Shown: positions 27,424-36,961, numbered from the stretch's first letter. The stretch is 64,000 bases of DNA from Candidatus Lindowbacteria bacterium RIFCSPLOWO2_12_FULL_62_27 (GCA_001784175.1 MFPR01000026.1:1-64000), one strand, 5' to 3'. The notes: generated from the sequence alone by a model not told the origin. Numbers and translations are program-made.

Positions 27424-28518
27424 ATGGAGGACGAAACGGAAAAACTTCGGGGGTTTCTCTCGAAACGCAAGGGCATTGGGCGTCTGACGGTCCAGATCGC
27501 GCTGAGCGTGGCTGCTTTTATCCTGATGGTGGAAGTCGCTCTCATCTATGTGTTGATGGACTCCCGGAAGCAGGATCTGAACCGGATGCGCGAAAAAATG
27601 TACGGGCAGGCGATCAGCGGGCCGGTCCTCAAACCCACGGACCTTTTGACGGACGCCGAACTTGAGGGGGAGATCGTCCGGTACAGGCGCCGCTTGTATC
27701 TTTCCACCTTCATCCTGTTGGCGGTGGTCGTAACGGGCACGGCGCTCATCGTGCACAAACGCGCGGTGCGGCCGATTCACAAGATTCTCTCCTATGATGA
27801 CGATTCCCTCCATGCCAAGATTTCGTTCATTCCGAAAGAGGAGTATCCGATGAACGAACTCGGCGCACTCATGAATTCCCGCAATCTCATGCTCTACTCG
27901 CTCCTCCAAGCCTACAAAAAGGAGGCGATCGAATCTTTGGTCGCTGCGGTCGACGCCAAGGACCGCTACACCTACGGCCACTCCCGGCGGGTGGGGTATT
28001 ACGCCGCCGCCATCGCGCGGATGATGGGCCTGTCGAAAGAGGAGCAGGACAACATGCGGCAGGCCGGCGACCTTCACGACATCGGCAAGATCGCAATCCC
28101 GGAGGAGATTCTGAACGCGCCCCGCGTCCTGACCGACGCCGAGTGGGAGGTCATGAAGAAGCATCCGCGCCGCGGAGAGGCGATGCTTCGGTTTTCCCAG
28201 TTTCCGGATGACGTCCGGCTGGGCGCGTTGACCCATCACGAAAATTTCGACGGAACGGGTTACCCCGAAGGCCTGAAGGGCGATCAGATCCCCCAAGTCG
28301 GCAGGATTTTGCACGTGGCGGACGCGCTGGACGCCATGACGTCCACCCGCCCCTACCGCAAGCCCCTCACGATGGACATGGTGGTGGACGAGCTCATGAA
28401 AAATCGGAACAAGATGTTTGACGCGAAAGCGGTCGACGCGCTGCTCACCCTGATTGAGCGGGGCAAGATCAAGATCCCGCATTCCATTTCCCTCGATAGT
28501 TCGGCCGAGTCGGCCTAG
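27424..28518 (+). CDS. Membrane-bound HD-GYP phosphodiesterase
   Basis: Two TM helices, HAMP-like linker; GHSRRV, LHDIGKI, HHENFDGTGYP, ADALDAM..RPYR. Confidence 0.9.
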   Translation: MEDETEKLRGFLSKRKGIGRLTVQIALSVAAFILMVEVALIYVLMDSRKQDLNRMREKMYGQAISGPVLKPTDLLTDAELEGEIVRYRRRLYLSTFILLAVVVTGTALIVHKRAVRPIHKILSYDDDSLHAKISFIPKEEYPMNELGALMNSRNLMLYSLLQAYKKEAIESLVAAVDAKDRYTYGHSRRVGYYAAAIARMMGLSKEEQDNMRQAGDLHDIGKIAIPEEILNAPRVLTDAEWEVMKKHPRRGEAMLRFSQFPDDVRLGALTHHENFDGTGYPEGLKGDQIPQVGRILHVADALDAMTSTRPYRKPLTMDMVVDELMKNRNKMFDAKAVDALLTLIERGKIKIPHSISLDSSAESA

Positions 28519-28529
28519 CCGGAGGATCG

Positions 28530-29201
28530 GTGTCCGAACGGTATTACGATTTGACGCTGCCGATCTCGGGGCGTCTGCCGGTCTGGCCGGGCGATCCGCC
28601 GGTCAGCGTGATCCGGGTCTCCAGCCTGGACCGTGGAGACGCCGCCAATGTTTCGCGCCTGGATATCGGCTCGCATACCGGCACGCACGTGGATGCGCCG
28701 CTGCATTTTGAGCCCGGCGGCGCGCCGGTGGACCGCCTGCCGCTGGACGTCCTCCTGGGTCCGGCGCGTCTGGTGGAACTGGATGTGCGGGAAAAGATTT
28801 CGAAATCCGACATCGAATCCTTGGACTTGAGCGGCGTGACGCGGGTGCTGTTCAAGACGCGGAATTGCCGGCGGTGGCAGGACCTCGCCGATGCGGCATC
28901 GGAGTCGCCTTGTCCATTTGATGAAACCTATGTCTATCTGGACGAGCCGGCGGCCGGCCTCCTCGTGGACCGCGGGGTCCGGCTGGTCGGCGTCGATTAT
29001 CTGTCCGTGGAGTCGTACCGCAACCCCGCGTTCTCCACCCATCACCGGCTCCTGCGCGCGGGCGTGGTGATCCTCGAGGGCCTCAATCCCCTCTCGGTCC
29101 CGCCGGGCGACTACGAGCTGATCGCGGCCCCGCTCCGGATCGAGGGCGGAGACGGCGCGCCCGCCCGGGTCATTTTGAAATCCCTGAAATCCATGCAGTG
29201 A
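28530..29201 (+). CDS. Cyclase family protein (kynurenine formamidase KynB-like)
   Basis: HTGTHVDAPLHF; GVDYLSV; LEGL; GDGAPARV. Confidence 0.9.
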   Translation: MSERYYDLTLPISGRLPVWPGDPPVSVIRVSSLDRGDAANVSRLDIGSHTGTHVDAPLHFEPGGAPVDRLPLDVLLGPARLVELDVREKISKSDIESLDLSGVTRVLFKTRNCRRWQDLADAASESPCPFDETYVYLDEPAAGLLVDRGVRLVGVDYLSVESYRNPAFSTHHRLLRAGVVILEGLNPLSVPPGDYELIAAPLRIEGGDGAPARVILKSLKSMQ

Positions 29202-29252
29202 TATCATGATATCATGATAGCTATCATGATATCATGATATCATGATATCACT
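29197..29252. repeat. 56-bp palindromic element AG(TGATATCA)2 TGATAGCTATCA (TGATATCA)3 CT, copy 1
   Basis: Read directly; identical to 50814-50869. Confidence 0.95.
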
Positions 29253-29254
29253 TT

Positions 29255-29977
29255 GTGATCAGCGTCATTGTCCCGACGTTGAACGAAGCCGGAACGCTGC
29301 CCCGGCTCCTGGGACGGTGCCGGCCGGCGTCGGAGATGGAAGTGGTCGTGTCGGACGGCGGGAGCGAGGACGGGACGCCGGACACGGCTGAGCGGCTCGG
29401 CGCGCGCGTCGTTCGGTCGGAGAGGGGCCGGGGCCGGCAGATGAACGCGGGCGCGCGCGTGGCTCGGGGCGATGTTCTGTTGTTCGTCCATGCGGACGCT
29501 GAGCCTCCGCATTGCTTTCAGGCGGACATCGCGTCGATTCTCGGCCGGCCGGGGGTTGTGGCGGGGGCGTGGTTGTTGTCGATCGATGCTGCCGGCGCCT
29601 CCTATCGAATGATCGAGCGGCTGGCCAATCTTAGGAGCCGCGTGTTTCAACTGCCGTACGGGGACCAGGGGTTCTTCATCCGTCGCGCGGATTTTGACTT
29701 CCTCGGTGGTTTTTCGGATGCTCCCATCATGGAGGATGTGGAGATGGTCCGGCGGTGCCGACGCCGGGGCCGGATCGTGACGGCCGGGTCCCGGATGCTG
29801 GTTTCTGCGCGGCGCTGGAAGAAAGAGGGCTGGTTGCATACCACGGCGCGGAATCTCCTGGTGCTCACGCTGTACTCCGCCGGTGTCTCTCCCCGGCGCC
29901 TGCTGGCGCTGTATCCACCTCACCGGATCAGCGCCTCCGGCGCCCCAAGTGCCGGCGTCTCCGACGCCGGTCGGTAG
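29255..29977 (+). CDS. Family 2 glycosyltransferase (TIGR04283-like)
   Basis: SVIVPTLNEA; DGGSEDGT; GRGRQMNAGA; LLFVHAD; PYGDQG; MEDVE; SARRW. Confidence 0.88.
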   Translation: MISVIVPTLNEAGTLPRLLGRCRPASEMEVVVSDGGSEDGTPDTAERLGARVVRSERGRGRQMNAGARVARGDVLLFVHADAEPPHCFQADIASILGRPGVVAGAWLLSIDAAGASYRMIERLANLRSRVFQLPYGDQGFFIRRADFDFLGGFSDAPIMEDVEMVRRCRRRGRIVTAGSRMLVSARRWKKEGWLHTTARNLLVLTLYSAGVSPRRLLALYPPHRISASGAPSAGVSDAGR

Positions 29978-29987
29978 GCCGACCGCG

Positions 29988-30830
29988 ATGGATTTGGATC
30001 GAGTTCTCGCGGATCTGTTGGCGCTCCGCCCGAGGCTGGACAGGATCCTCCTGGCGCCATTTTCCGGCGGTCGCCGGGGCGGTCGCCGCAGGGGGCTTGT
30101 GGCGAGCCGGGCCAAGACGTCCTATCGAAATATAGTCACAAAATTCGACGAAAATGCCGAAAAAGTAATTGTGGATACTCTCACCGGTCGGTATCCGGAT
30201 GTAACTGTGGTTGCAGAAGAAAGCAAGCCTTTTGAGGGCGCGAAAGGGAATGGTTGGACGTGGTGTATCGACCCGTTGGACGGCACGGTCAACTACGCCT
30301 ACGGCCATCCGTTTTTTGCGGTGTCCATCGCGCTTCTGAAAGGCCGCCAGCCGAAGGTTGCGATGGTCCATTTGCCGGCCCGTCAGGAGACATTCTGGGC
30401 GGTGGCGGGCCGGGGCGCGTATGCGAACAGCCGTCGGATTCACGTCGGCCGGACCGCCCGCTATCGGGATGCGCTCCTTGCGACGGGATTCCCTTACACG
30501 CGCAACTGGGCCTTTCGCGCCAATCTTCGGGGGATGAATCTCATGCTCCCCCGCGTGCGGGATTTCCGTCGCGGCGGCGCGGCGTCCGTCGATCTGGCGT
30601 TCGTGGCGAGCGGCCGGCTGGACGGATATTTTGAAGCCGGTCTTTGGTCATGGGATGTCGCCGCAGGAGGCCTCCTGGTGATGGAAGCGGGCGGCCGGGT
30701 GAGCGACTGGACCGGCGGCCCGGACTGGCTGTCGCGCCGGCAGATCGTGGCGTCGAACCCCCGGCTTCACCGGTCGCTCATCCCGTACCTGCGCCGGTCA
30801 TTGCCTGGCGACCGGAGTCATCGCCGATGA
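29988..30830 (+). CDS. suhB: Inositol monophosphatase family protein (SuhB-like)
   Basis: WCIDPLDGTVNY; ATGFPY; GAASVDLAFVASGRLDGY; WDVAAG. Confidence 0.85.
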   Translation: MDLDRVLADLLALRPRLDRILLAPFSGGRRGGRRRGLVASRAKTSYRNIVTKFDENAEKVIVDTLTGRYPDVTVVAEESKPFEGAKGNGWTWCIDPLDGTVNYAYGHPFFAVSIALLKGRQPKVAMVHLPARQETFWAVAGRGAYANSRRIHVGRTARYRDALLATGFPYTRNWAFRANLRGMNLMLPRVRDFRRGGAASVDLAFVASGRLDGYFEAGLWSWDVAAGGLLVMEAGGRVSDWTGGPDWLSRRQIVASNPRLHRSLIPYLRRSLPGDRSHRR

Positions 30831-31675
30831 ATCGGATCATCGCCATCGTCCTCGCGTTGTTCCTTTCCGGGGGTCCTCTGTCCGCGGCGCTGGATGGATC
30901 CGGGGACGACGGTCTGTTTCAGAACAAGTCCACGTCCGCGATCGATCGCGCGGATTTCAAGATCCGAAATGTTCCCTACAAGGTCGAACCGGCGGCGCCG
31001 GATGATCGTCCGACGGAGGCCCCGATGGAGTTCGGGGAACAAAAATCATCGACTCTCCGGGCGCCGACCCCGGACGAGATTTATGCGGAAGTGCCCGAGG
31101 ATCTCATCATCGAGTACGTGGATCATGTCGACCACGGGAAGCGAATGACGGCGCCGCAAATGGCGCAAAAATATCTCGGGTTCGTCGGGGAGGGCCGGAC
31201 CATTCCGGCCGAGCCGCAAGATCAAACGCTCTACTGGCTGATGCTGTCCGAGCGGGACCACCGCGCGGCAAAATCGGCCTGGTTCAATTCCGCGCGCTCA
31301 AGCATTCCACTTGACGAATTCAACCGTGTCGTGGACTTGCGCCGGTACCGGGTGAAGAGCGCCCTGAAACTGGCCGAGCCGCCGATCTTGAGAAGCGTGG
31401 AGGCGCCGGCGTCCGCGCCGGGGGCGACCGGGATCGAAAAGCTGAGGATGCCGGATCTGAAACCGCTCGGCGGGTGGGACCGGCATCCGAACGCACATCT
31501 GCCGGGCCCCGCGATCCGGCCTCTGGAAACCGGACCCGAGCCGCCGCCGGCGCGGCCGGCGCGCCGGCCGGAAACGGTCGATCAGGAGGGCGCGGACGAT
31601 CTTGAAAGCCGCGCGCCGCCGGAACAGATGCCCTCCTTCCAAGGCATCCCCGGTTCCCTGCGCAACAGCCCTTGA
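30827..31675 (+). CDS. Exported hypothetical protein, Pro-rich C-terminus
   Basis: Signal peptide MNRIIAIVLALFL; 4-nt overlaps with both neighbours. Confidence 0.6.
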   Translation: MNRIIAIVLALFLSGGPLSAALDGSGDDGLFQNKSTSAIDRADFKIRNVPYKVEPAAPDDRPTEAPMEFGEQKSSTLRAPTPDEIYAEVPEDLIIEYVDHVDHGKRMTAPQMAQKYLGFVGEGRTIPAEPQDQTLYWLMLSERDHRAAKSAWFNSARSSIPLDEFNRVVDLRRYRVKSALKLAEPPILRSVEAPASAPGATGIEKLRMPDLKPLGGWDRHPNAHLPGPAIRPLETGPEPPPARPARRPETVDQEGADDLESRAPPEQMPSFQGIPGSLRNSP

Positions 31676-33267
31676 AAGCGATTGTCGCCCTCCTCTGGCT
31701 GATCGTGTTGTGGATCACGCCCGCCGAGTCGCTGTCAACGTTGAAGCTTGTCGAGAATACGGCGATTGACAATGACGGGAATGACGTTCTGTTCGCCGAG
31801 CTGCACGACAACAGCGATACCGTGGTTTATGTCAAGAAGGACGTCGCGTCAACCGCGTCCGACGACTGGTCTTTTGTCCTCAACAATCTGACCACGGGCG
31901 GCGATTCGCGCGGGGTGATCGCACAGGGCGATCCGGACATTTTTTACGGGTTCACGCACGGCCCGGCGCAGAGCATCATCTACGCGCGCGACGCCGGTCA
32001 ATCGGTCGGCGGCGCCCGAGGCCTGTATTATGGATTCTTCAACCGGAGCGACAGCGGCCTCATCAAGAACAACGCGACCTATCCCGCCTATGTCGCGGGC
32101 GGCGCGACGTACAACTTCGCGTACGTGCGGGACAGCGGCACGCTGTACGTGGCGACCATGAGCAGCGATACGCCGTCCTTGCCGGCCAACGACGTCAAAG
32201 TTTTCGTTCCGGGCACGGAGATCAAAGCGCTGAGATCTCCGAAGTGGTCGCCGGACGCCCAGAGCCTGGTGTTCGCGGCCGAGGAGTCGGGCGACTCGCA
32301 GGCGTCGATCTACGTTCTCAAAAATGTCCAGAGCCTGGCGGCCGCCGGGACGGCCCTCAATCTCCTCACCGACACCGGCATCGCCCGGATCACGAACGAT
32401 ACGTTTTACAACGCCTTCCCGCACTTCGTCGGCAACGACCAGTTCGTCCTCTACACGCGCGCGAACCCGTACGCCAATTTCCGGTTTGCGAATTTCGCCG
32501 ACACCGGCGGCTGCACGACCGTGGTGGTGTCCGGGACAAACTGGGACGCGATGCTGTACGACCGGAGCCAGAGCCAGACATGGTCGGTCGACACGTCGGC
32601 GGCGACGTCGGCCGTGTCGTCGTCGGCCGGCCACCGGGGATACATTCTGCTGGTGACGACCACCAACAACATCGACACGGACGGCGATCTGGCGTCTGCC
32701 GTGATTCAGACGACCCAGACCCTGACGGCCGCTTCTTCGGGGACCTTTTATTTTCCGACCAACGCCCGGCTGAAGCTCCAGTCCGGCGCCGTTCCCACGT
32801 GTACGTTCACGGTGGTTCCCGACACTCCGAAGAGCGTCCTGAAGAGTGACACGAGGGACGGCATGGAGGCGGTGATCGCTCCCGTCCACATCACGATCGA
32901 CGTGCCGAACGATTCGACGGACAAATTCAAGATCGAGGTCATCATGTTTTATCACGACATCGAGCTGGCGAACTACGTGGAGCTTGCGACGCGGGGCCAG
33001 GTCTACGACACGCAGACGCGTACCTGGAAATCCGCCGGCACGGGCATCGACGTGTCGTCCAACCTCGTGACCTTCACGGCGCCGCACTTCTCCGCGTTCG
33101 GTGTCGGGCTCACCTCCGAATTCATTGTGTCTCTCCGGGGCGAAAGCTGCCTCGTGCGCCGGTGGGGCGCGTCGCCGCCGCTTTTGGCGGGCGCGCGCCG
33201 CCTGCGCGACATCCTGCTGAACTCGCCGTGGGGCCGCCGGGCGGCCCGTTGCTACTATGCGATCTGA
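31672..33267 (+). CDS. Exported PD40/propeller-like protein with a CFI-box-CTERM-like tail
   Basis: Signal peptide; SPKWSPD; HFSAFG; C-terminal 'SCLV..RRLRDILLNSPWGRRAARCYY'. Confidence 0.65.
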   Translation: MKAIVALLWLIVLWITPAESLSTLKLVENTAIDNDGNDVLFAELHDNSDTVVYVKKDVASTASDDWSFVLNNLTTGGDSRGVIAQGDPDIFYGFTHGPAQSIIYARDAGQSVGGARGLYYGFFNRSDSGLIKNNATYPAYVAGGATYNFAYVRDSGTLYVATMSSDTPSLPANDVKVFVPGTEIKALRSPKWSPDAQSLVFAAEESGDSQASIYVLKNVQSLAAAGTALNLLTDTGIARITNDTFYNAFPHFVGNDQFVLYTRANPYANFRFANFADTGGCTTVVVSGTNWDAMLYDRSQSQTWSVDTSAATSAVSSSAGHRGYILLVTTTNNIDTDGDLASAVIQTTQTLTAASSGTFYFPTNARLKLQSGAVPTCTFTVVPDTPKSVLKSDTRDGMEAVIAPVHITIDVPNDSTDKFKIEVIMFYHDIELANYVELATRGQVYDTQTRTWKSAGTGIDVSSNLVTFTAPHFSAFGVGLTSEFIVSLRGESCLVRRWGASPPLLAGARRLRDILLNSPWGRRAARCYYAI

Positions 33268-34531
33268 CGCGCCCGCTTTGCGCCCGCTCCGTCTGCTGGT
33301 TCTGGCGCTTGCGCTCGCTCCGCTCCCGGCCGACGGCGCGCTACTGGACCACGGGTTCCGCATCGAGGGCGAACGGATGCTGCGCCCGGGCATGTGGCGA
33401 TTTTCGGGGACCTTTGCGACCGAGTCGGACATCCGGCCGGGCGTGGAACCGATCACGGGCACGCCGGTCGACGTGAACGCCATCCGGTTTCCGTTCAGTT
33501 GGCGGTACGGATTCACCTCGAGGCTCGAAGTCGGGACCGACGTCCAGTTTGAGCGCGACAAGGGCACGGACCTGGGCCCGGCGAAACTGTTCGACGCCGG
33601 CGGCGTGTCGAACTGGGATCTCGTGGCGAAGTGCAAGGTTTTTCCCTGGACGACGTTTGTCGGTCATGTCGGCGTGTATGGGAACAACAAACTCTACGGC
33701 GGCAGCGATCCTCTGGATTATGGCTTGGACATTCTGCTGACGCTCCCGCTCAATCTGCCGATCGGCATGCCGAATCTGATGCATTTCAACACCGGCATCC
33801 GCTTCAAGGGCGGCAACCCGAACATCGACCTCAACACCCGGCTCGACGCCCGCGGCTACATGGACCCGATTCATCTCGGCTGGTCGCTGATCGTTTCTCC
33901 GCGCGCGAAGTGGGCCGCCGTCGGGGAAATTCTCGTTCGACGGTCGCCCTACGGTCTGGAGGAGGAGGCGGAACTGACGCTGGGAACCCGCTACGCCTAC
34001 ACCGAACGATCGACGCTCATGGCCTCCATCGCGCGCGGCGTGACGGACGGCAGTCCGAACTGGGCGCTCCGCCTGGGCTTCGAAACAACCTATGGTTCAC
34101 AGACGGAGCGGCAGGTGGTCCGGGCGGAGGGCCGGCAACAGTTGCCCACGGAAATTCCGGAGGAAGGCCCGCCGCCGCTGGAGATTTCCGTTTCGCGCCT
34201 CACATCGATCGCCGAAGCCGCGTACCAGCGGGGCGACTACTCTTCCGCCGCCGACGCCTTCTCGGAACTCGTGTCGCGCCTGCCGTCCGAGGGCCGGGTC
34301 TATTACAACCTCGGCGTCTGCTATTATCACCTGAAAGATTACGCAAAGGCCGAAGGAGACTTTTTCAAGGCGCTGACTCTGATGCCGAACGATCCCGAGG
34401 TCTATCTGTACATGGGTCATTGCCAATTTCTGCAGAGCCGTCCGTCGGAAGCCCGGAGGAGCTGGGAAGAAGCGCTCCGGCTGGACCCGACAAACGAGAT
34501 GGCGAAATTCCTGCTGCAGTCCAGCCAGTAG
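33257..34531 (+). CDS. Outer-membrane barrel-like protein with C-terminal TPR repeats
   Basis: Signal peptide; beta-strand region ending WALRLGFETTY; TPR 'YYNLGVCYY..DYAKA..FKAL..P'. Confidence 0.7.
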   Translation: MRSDAPALRPLRLLVLALALAPLPADGALLDHGFRIEGERMLRPGMWRFSGTFATESDIRPGVEPITGTPVDVNAIRFPFSWRYGFTSRLEVGTDVQFERDKGTDLGPAKLFDAGGVSNWDLVAKCKVFPWTTFVGHVGVYGNNKLYGGSDPLDYGLDILLTLPLNLPIGMPNLMHFNTGIRFKGGNPNIDLNTRLDARGYMDPIHLGWSLIVSPRAKWAAVGEILVRRSPYGLEEEAELTLGTRYAYTERSTLMASIARGVTDGSPNWALRLGFETTYGSQTERQVVRAEGRQQLPTEIPEEGPPPLEISVSRLTSIAEAAYQRGDYSSAADAFSELVSRLPSEGRVYYNLGVCYYHLKDYAKAEGDFFKALTLMPNDPEVYLYMGHCQFLQSRPSEARRSWEEALRLDPTNEMAKFLLQSSQ

Positions 34532-34543
34532 GTCCGCCTTCGC

Positions 34544-35641
34544 ATGGAAATCGGAATCGTCGGATTGCCGAACGTCGGCAAGTCGACCCTGTTCAACGCG
34601 CTGACCCAAATGTCGGCGCCGGCGGAGAACTATCCGTTTTGCACGATCGACCCGAACGTCGGCGTCGTGACCGTGCCGGACGCGCGGCTGAACCGGCTGG
34701 CCGAGATCGTGACCCCGAGGGCCGTGACCCCGACGGCGATCCGGTTCGTGGACATCGCGGGCCTCGTGGCGGGCGCGCACAAAGGCGAGGGACTCGGCAA
34801 CAAGTTTCTCTCCCATATCCGCGAGGTCGACGCGATCGTGCACGTGGTGCGGTGTTTCGAGGACAAGCAGGTGGTCCATGTCGCGTCGACCGTCGATCCG
34901 GTCCGTGACGCCGAGACGATCGAAACGGAATTGATTCTCGCCGACCTCGGCACCGTGGGCCGCCGGCTGGATGCGATTGACAAAAAGGCGCGGACGACCA
35001 ACCCGGAACTGAAACCCGAGGCGACCCTGCTCGCGAACCTCCAATCGCATCTGTCGGCCGGCAAACTGGCCAACCGGTTTGAGGCCGAAAGCAAGGAATC
35101 CGCGGAGACCGTGGCCGGCCTGCATCTTCTGACGTCGAAACCGATGATTTACGCGGCCAACCTGCACGAAACCGATTTGAACGAAGCCGTGAGCCGGTTG
35201 AAAGTCCTCAAAGCGTCCGCGGACGAGAAAGGCTACGCAGTTCTGCCGATCGCGGCGAAATTCGAGCAGGAGCTGAACGCGCTGCCGGAAGACGAGCGGC
35301 GGTTGTTCATGTCCGACCTCGGCATGGAATCGGGGGGACTGCCGCGGCTGGTCGAGGCGTGCTACCGGCTGCTGAAACTGGTGACCTTTTTCACCGCCGG
35401 CGAAAAGGAGGCCCGGGCCTGGACGGTCCCGCAGGGGACGACGGCGCCGCGCGCGGCCGGAAAAATACACACCGACATCGAAAAAGGTTTTGTCCGCGCG
35501 GAAGTCTGCCGCTATTCAGACTTGGACGCCGGCGGTTCGTACGCGAAGGTCCGGGAAGCCGGCAAGATGCGAACGGAGGGAAGGGACTACGTGATCCAGG
35601 ACGGGGACGTCTGTTACTTCAAGTTCACCCAGCCGGCCTGA
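34544..35641 (+). CDS. ychF: Redox-regulated ATPase YchF
   Basis: GIVGLPNVGKSTLFNALT; NYPFCTIDPN; DIAGLV; TGS-domain tail. Confidence 0.97.
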   Translation: MEIGIVGLPNVGKSTLFNALTQMSAPAENYPFCTIDPNVGVVTVPDARLNRLAEIVTPRAVTPTAIRFVDIAGLVAGAHKGEGLGNKFLSHIREVDAIVHVVRCFEDKQVVHVASTVDPVRDAETIETELILADLGTVGRRLDAIDKKARTTNPELKPEATLLANLQSHLSAGKLANRFEAESKESAETVAGLHLLTSKPMIYAANLHETDLNEAVSRLKVLKASADEKGYAVLPIAAKFEQELNALPEDERRLFMSDLGMESGGLPRLVEACYRLLKLVTFFTAGEKEARAWTVPQGTTAPRAAGKIHTDIEKGFVRAEVCRYSDLDAGGSYAKVREAGKMRTEGRDYVIQDGDVCYFKFTQPA

Positions 35642-35816
35642 CCGTCGAAAATGGAGCGGTGGAGAACCGTCTAACACGAATGGCGTCTCACACGGCTCCC
35701 AATCGGGCCGGCTCGCCGGTATGTGATAATTGGTCGGCGCGCAGCTAACCGGCGGACTCGGCGATCTCCAGACCGCCGGATTGATTTCACCGGAGGATCG
35801 GGGTAACATTCTGGCA

Positions 35817-36161
35817 GTGGATGGCGTGCTGACCCGGATCAAAGGATTGGTAACAACGGGGAGAGTGGTGTTCTCTAAAAAAGCCCGCATCGAGTTGGCG
35901 TTAGACGATCTGACGGAGGACGATGGGGTGGAATCCATTCTCAACGCCACGGAAGTTCGCGCCAAGCGGTCGAGAAGCAAACACCGCCGACAACCGCGCG
36001 AGCGGGTTTACATCATTGTAGCCCCGACAAACTCGGGGATCGAGATATATTCCAAAGGCACCATACGGAAAAAAACCGGCGAGGAAATTTTCTACTTTCT
36101 GATTTCGGCGAAACTGTCGAGAGAAAACTGGGAAGGAGAACGGCATGGAACTAAAAATTAA
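35817..36161 (+). CDS. Putative toxin (DUF4258/MqsR-like)
   Basis: Small basic protein ending YFLISAK, overlapping a downstream zinc-finger gene; GTG start 7 nt after TTGATT-17-TAACAT. Confidence 0.6.
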   Translation: MDGVLTRIKGLVTTGRVVFSKKARIELALDDLTEDDGVESILNATEVRAKRSRSKHRRQPRERVYIIVAPTNSGIEIYSKGTIRKKTGEEIFYFLISAKLSRENWEGERHGTKN

Positions 36162-36357
36162 AACCTGTCCCACCTGCGATTCCAAAAATTTCCGTCGGAA
36201 GACCGGCGCGCTGACGCATTACCATCGTCGTCGGGAGATTCGCGTTCCGCGTGCGACCTATTGGGAGTGCGGCGACTGCGGAGAACAGGTCTACTCGCTG
36301 GACGACATGCACAAGATCACGGAATACGTCCGCCGCCATTTCTCGAAGGCCGCCTGA
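36145..36357 (+). CDS. YgiT/MqsA-type zinc-finger antitoxin (no HTH)
   Basis: CPTC..VPRATYWECGDCGEQVY; GGAG SD. Confidence 0.75.
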   Translation: MELKIKTCPTCDSKNFRRKTGALTHYHRRREIRVPRATYWECGDCGEQVYSLDDMHKITEYVRRHFSKAA

Positions 36358-36365
36358 ACGGGTCA

Positions 36366-36403
36366 ACGGTCAACTCAACGGACTCAACGACTCAACGCAA
36401 CGG
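36366..36403 (+). repeat. Short degenerate tandem repeat (TCAACG/CTCAACG)
   Basis: GTCAACGGTCAACTCAACGGACTCAACGACTCAACGCAACGG. Confidence 0.6.
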
Positions 36404-36422
36404 TGTCATTCTTCTACATTGC

Positions 36423-36858
36423 GTGCGCCAAGAAGTTCATCGGCGCTGGTGATAGATGGACACCCGCATAAAGCGTAGCCAGCGATGCGGTACCGAGTCT
36501 TGCGCGATGTCGGGCAATCGGCAGCGTGAAGCGTGGACAGGGAGGGCGTAGGCCGTAACGCAAGTGAATGGATTGAGCCCCGAAAAAGAAAACCTTCCCG
36601 AAAGGGAAGATGTTGTGGAAGCCGAGTCTCTGTAATTTGCCGAAGGCAATACGAAACGACCGAAAGGGCGAGGTCGCGTAGTTCCACCGGGGTCAAAGAC
36701 AACGGCATGGTGCAGCCAACAAAATGGTCAATCTAATGGGTGAGAGTCCCATCTCGGTAATTGTCCATTCGGCCGAGTAGTTATATCTGGCTCACAGGGA
36801 GGTAACGAACTGTGAGGAAGCCCAGAAGTAAAAGCGGGTATTCACGCGTGAAGTTCCA
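36423..36858 (+). mobile_element. Group II intron 5' fragment (domain I), no RT ORF and no domain V/VI
   Basis: Starts GTGCG; domain I-like motifs ACCGAGTCTTGCG..GAAGCGTGGACAGG..GTAGGCC..ATTGAGCCCCGAAA..GAAGGCAATAC..CCGGGGTC..ACGGCATG. Confidence 0.7.
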
Positions 36859-36874
36859 GTCATGATACTATCAT

Positions 36875-36923
36875 GGGTCATTTCTCGATGGCAGGGGTGG
36901 GTCAATTCTGGAGAGCGGTGAAG
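36875..36923. mobile_element. Orphan IS21-family-like terminal repeat
   Basis: Two GGGTCAWTT repeats 24 bp apart ending AGAGCGGTGAAG; no istA/istB nearby. Confidence 0.45.
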
Positions 36924-36961
36924 TTTTGACGGGTTCGCGGGTATGTGGTAGCATTTAATTC

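Noticed and set aside
29255-29977. Arsenosugar or selenosugar biosynthesis cluster
   Set aside because: The usual partners (radical SAM ArsS, methyltransferase, DUF2064) are not adjacent.
35660-35910. Integron attC sites around the TA genes (GTCTAAC..GTTAGAC)
   Set aside because: The partner box lies inside the toxin CDS about 230 bp away, there are no L boxes, and no integrase is present.
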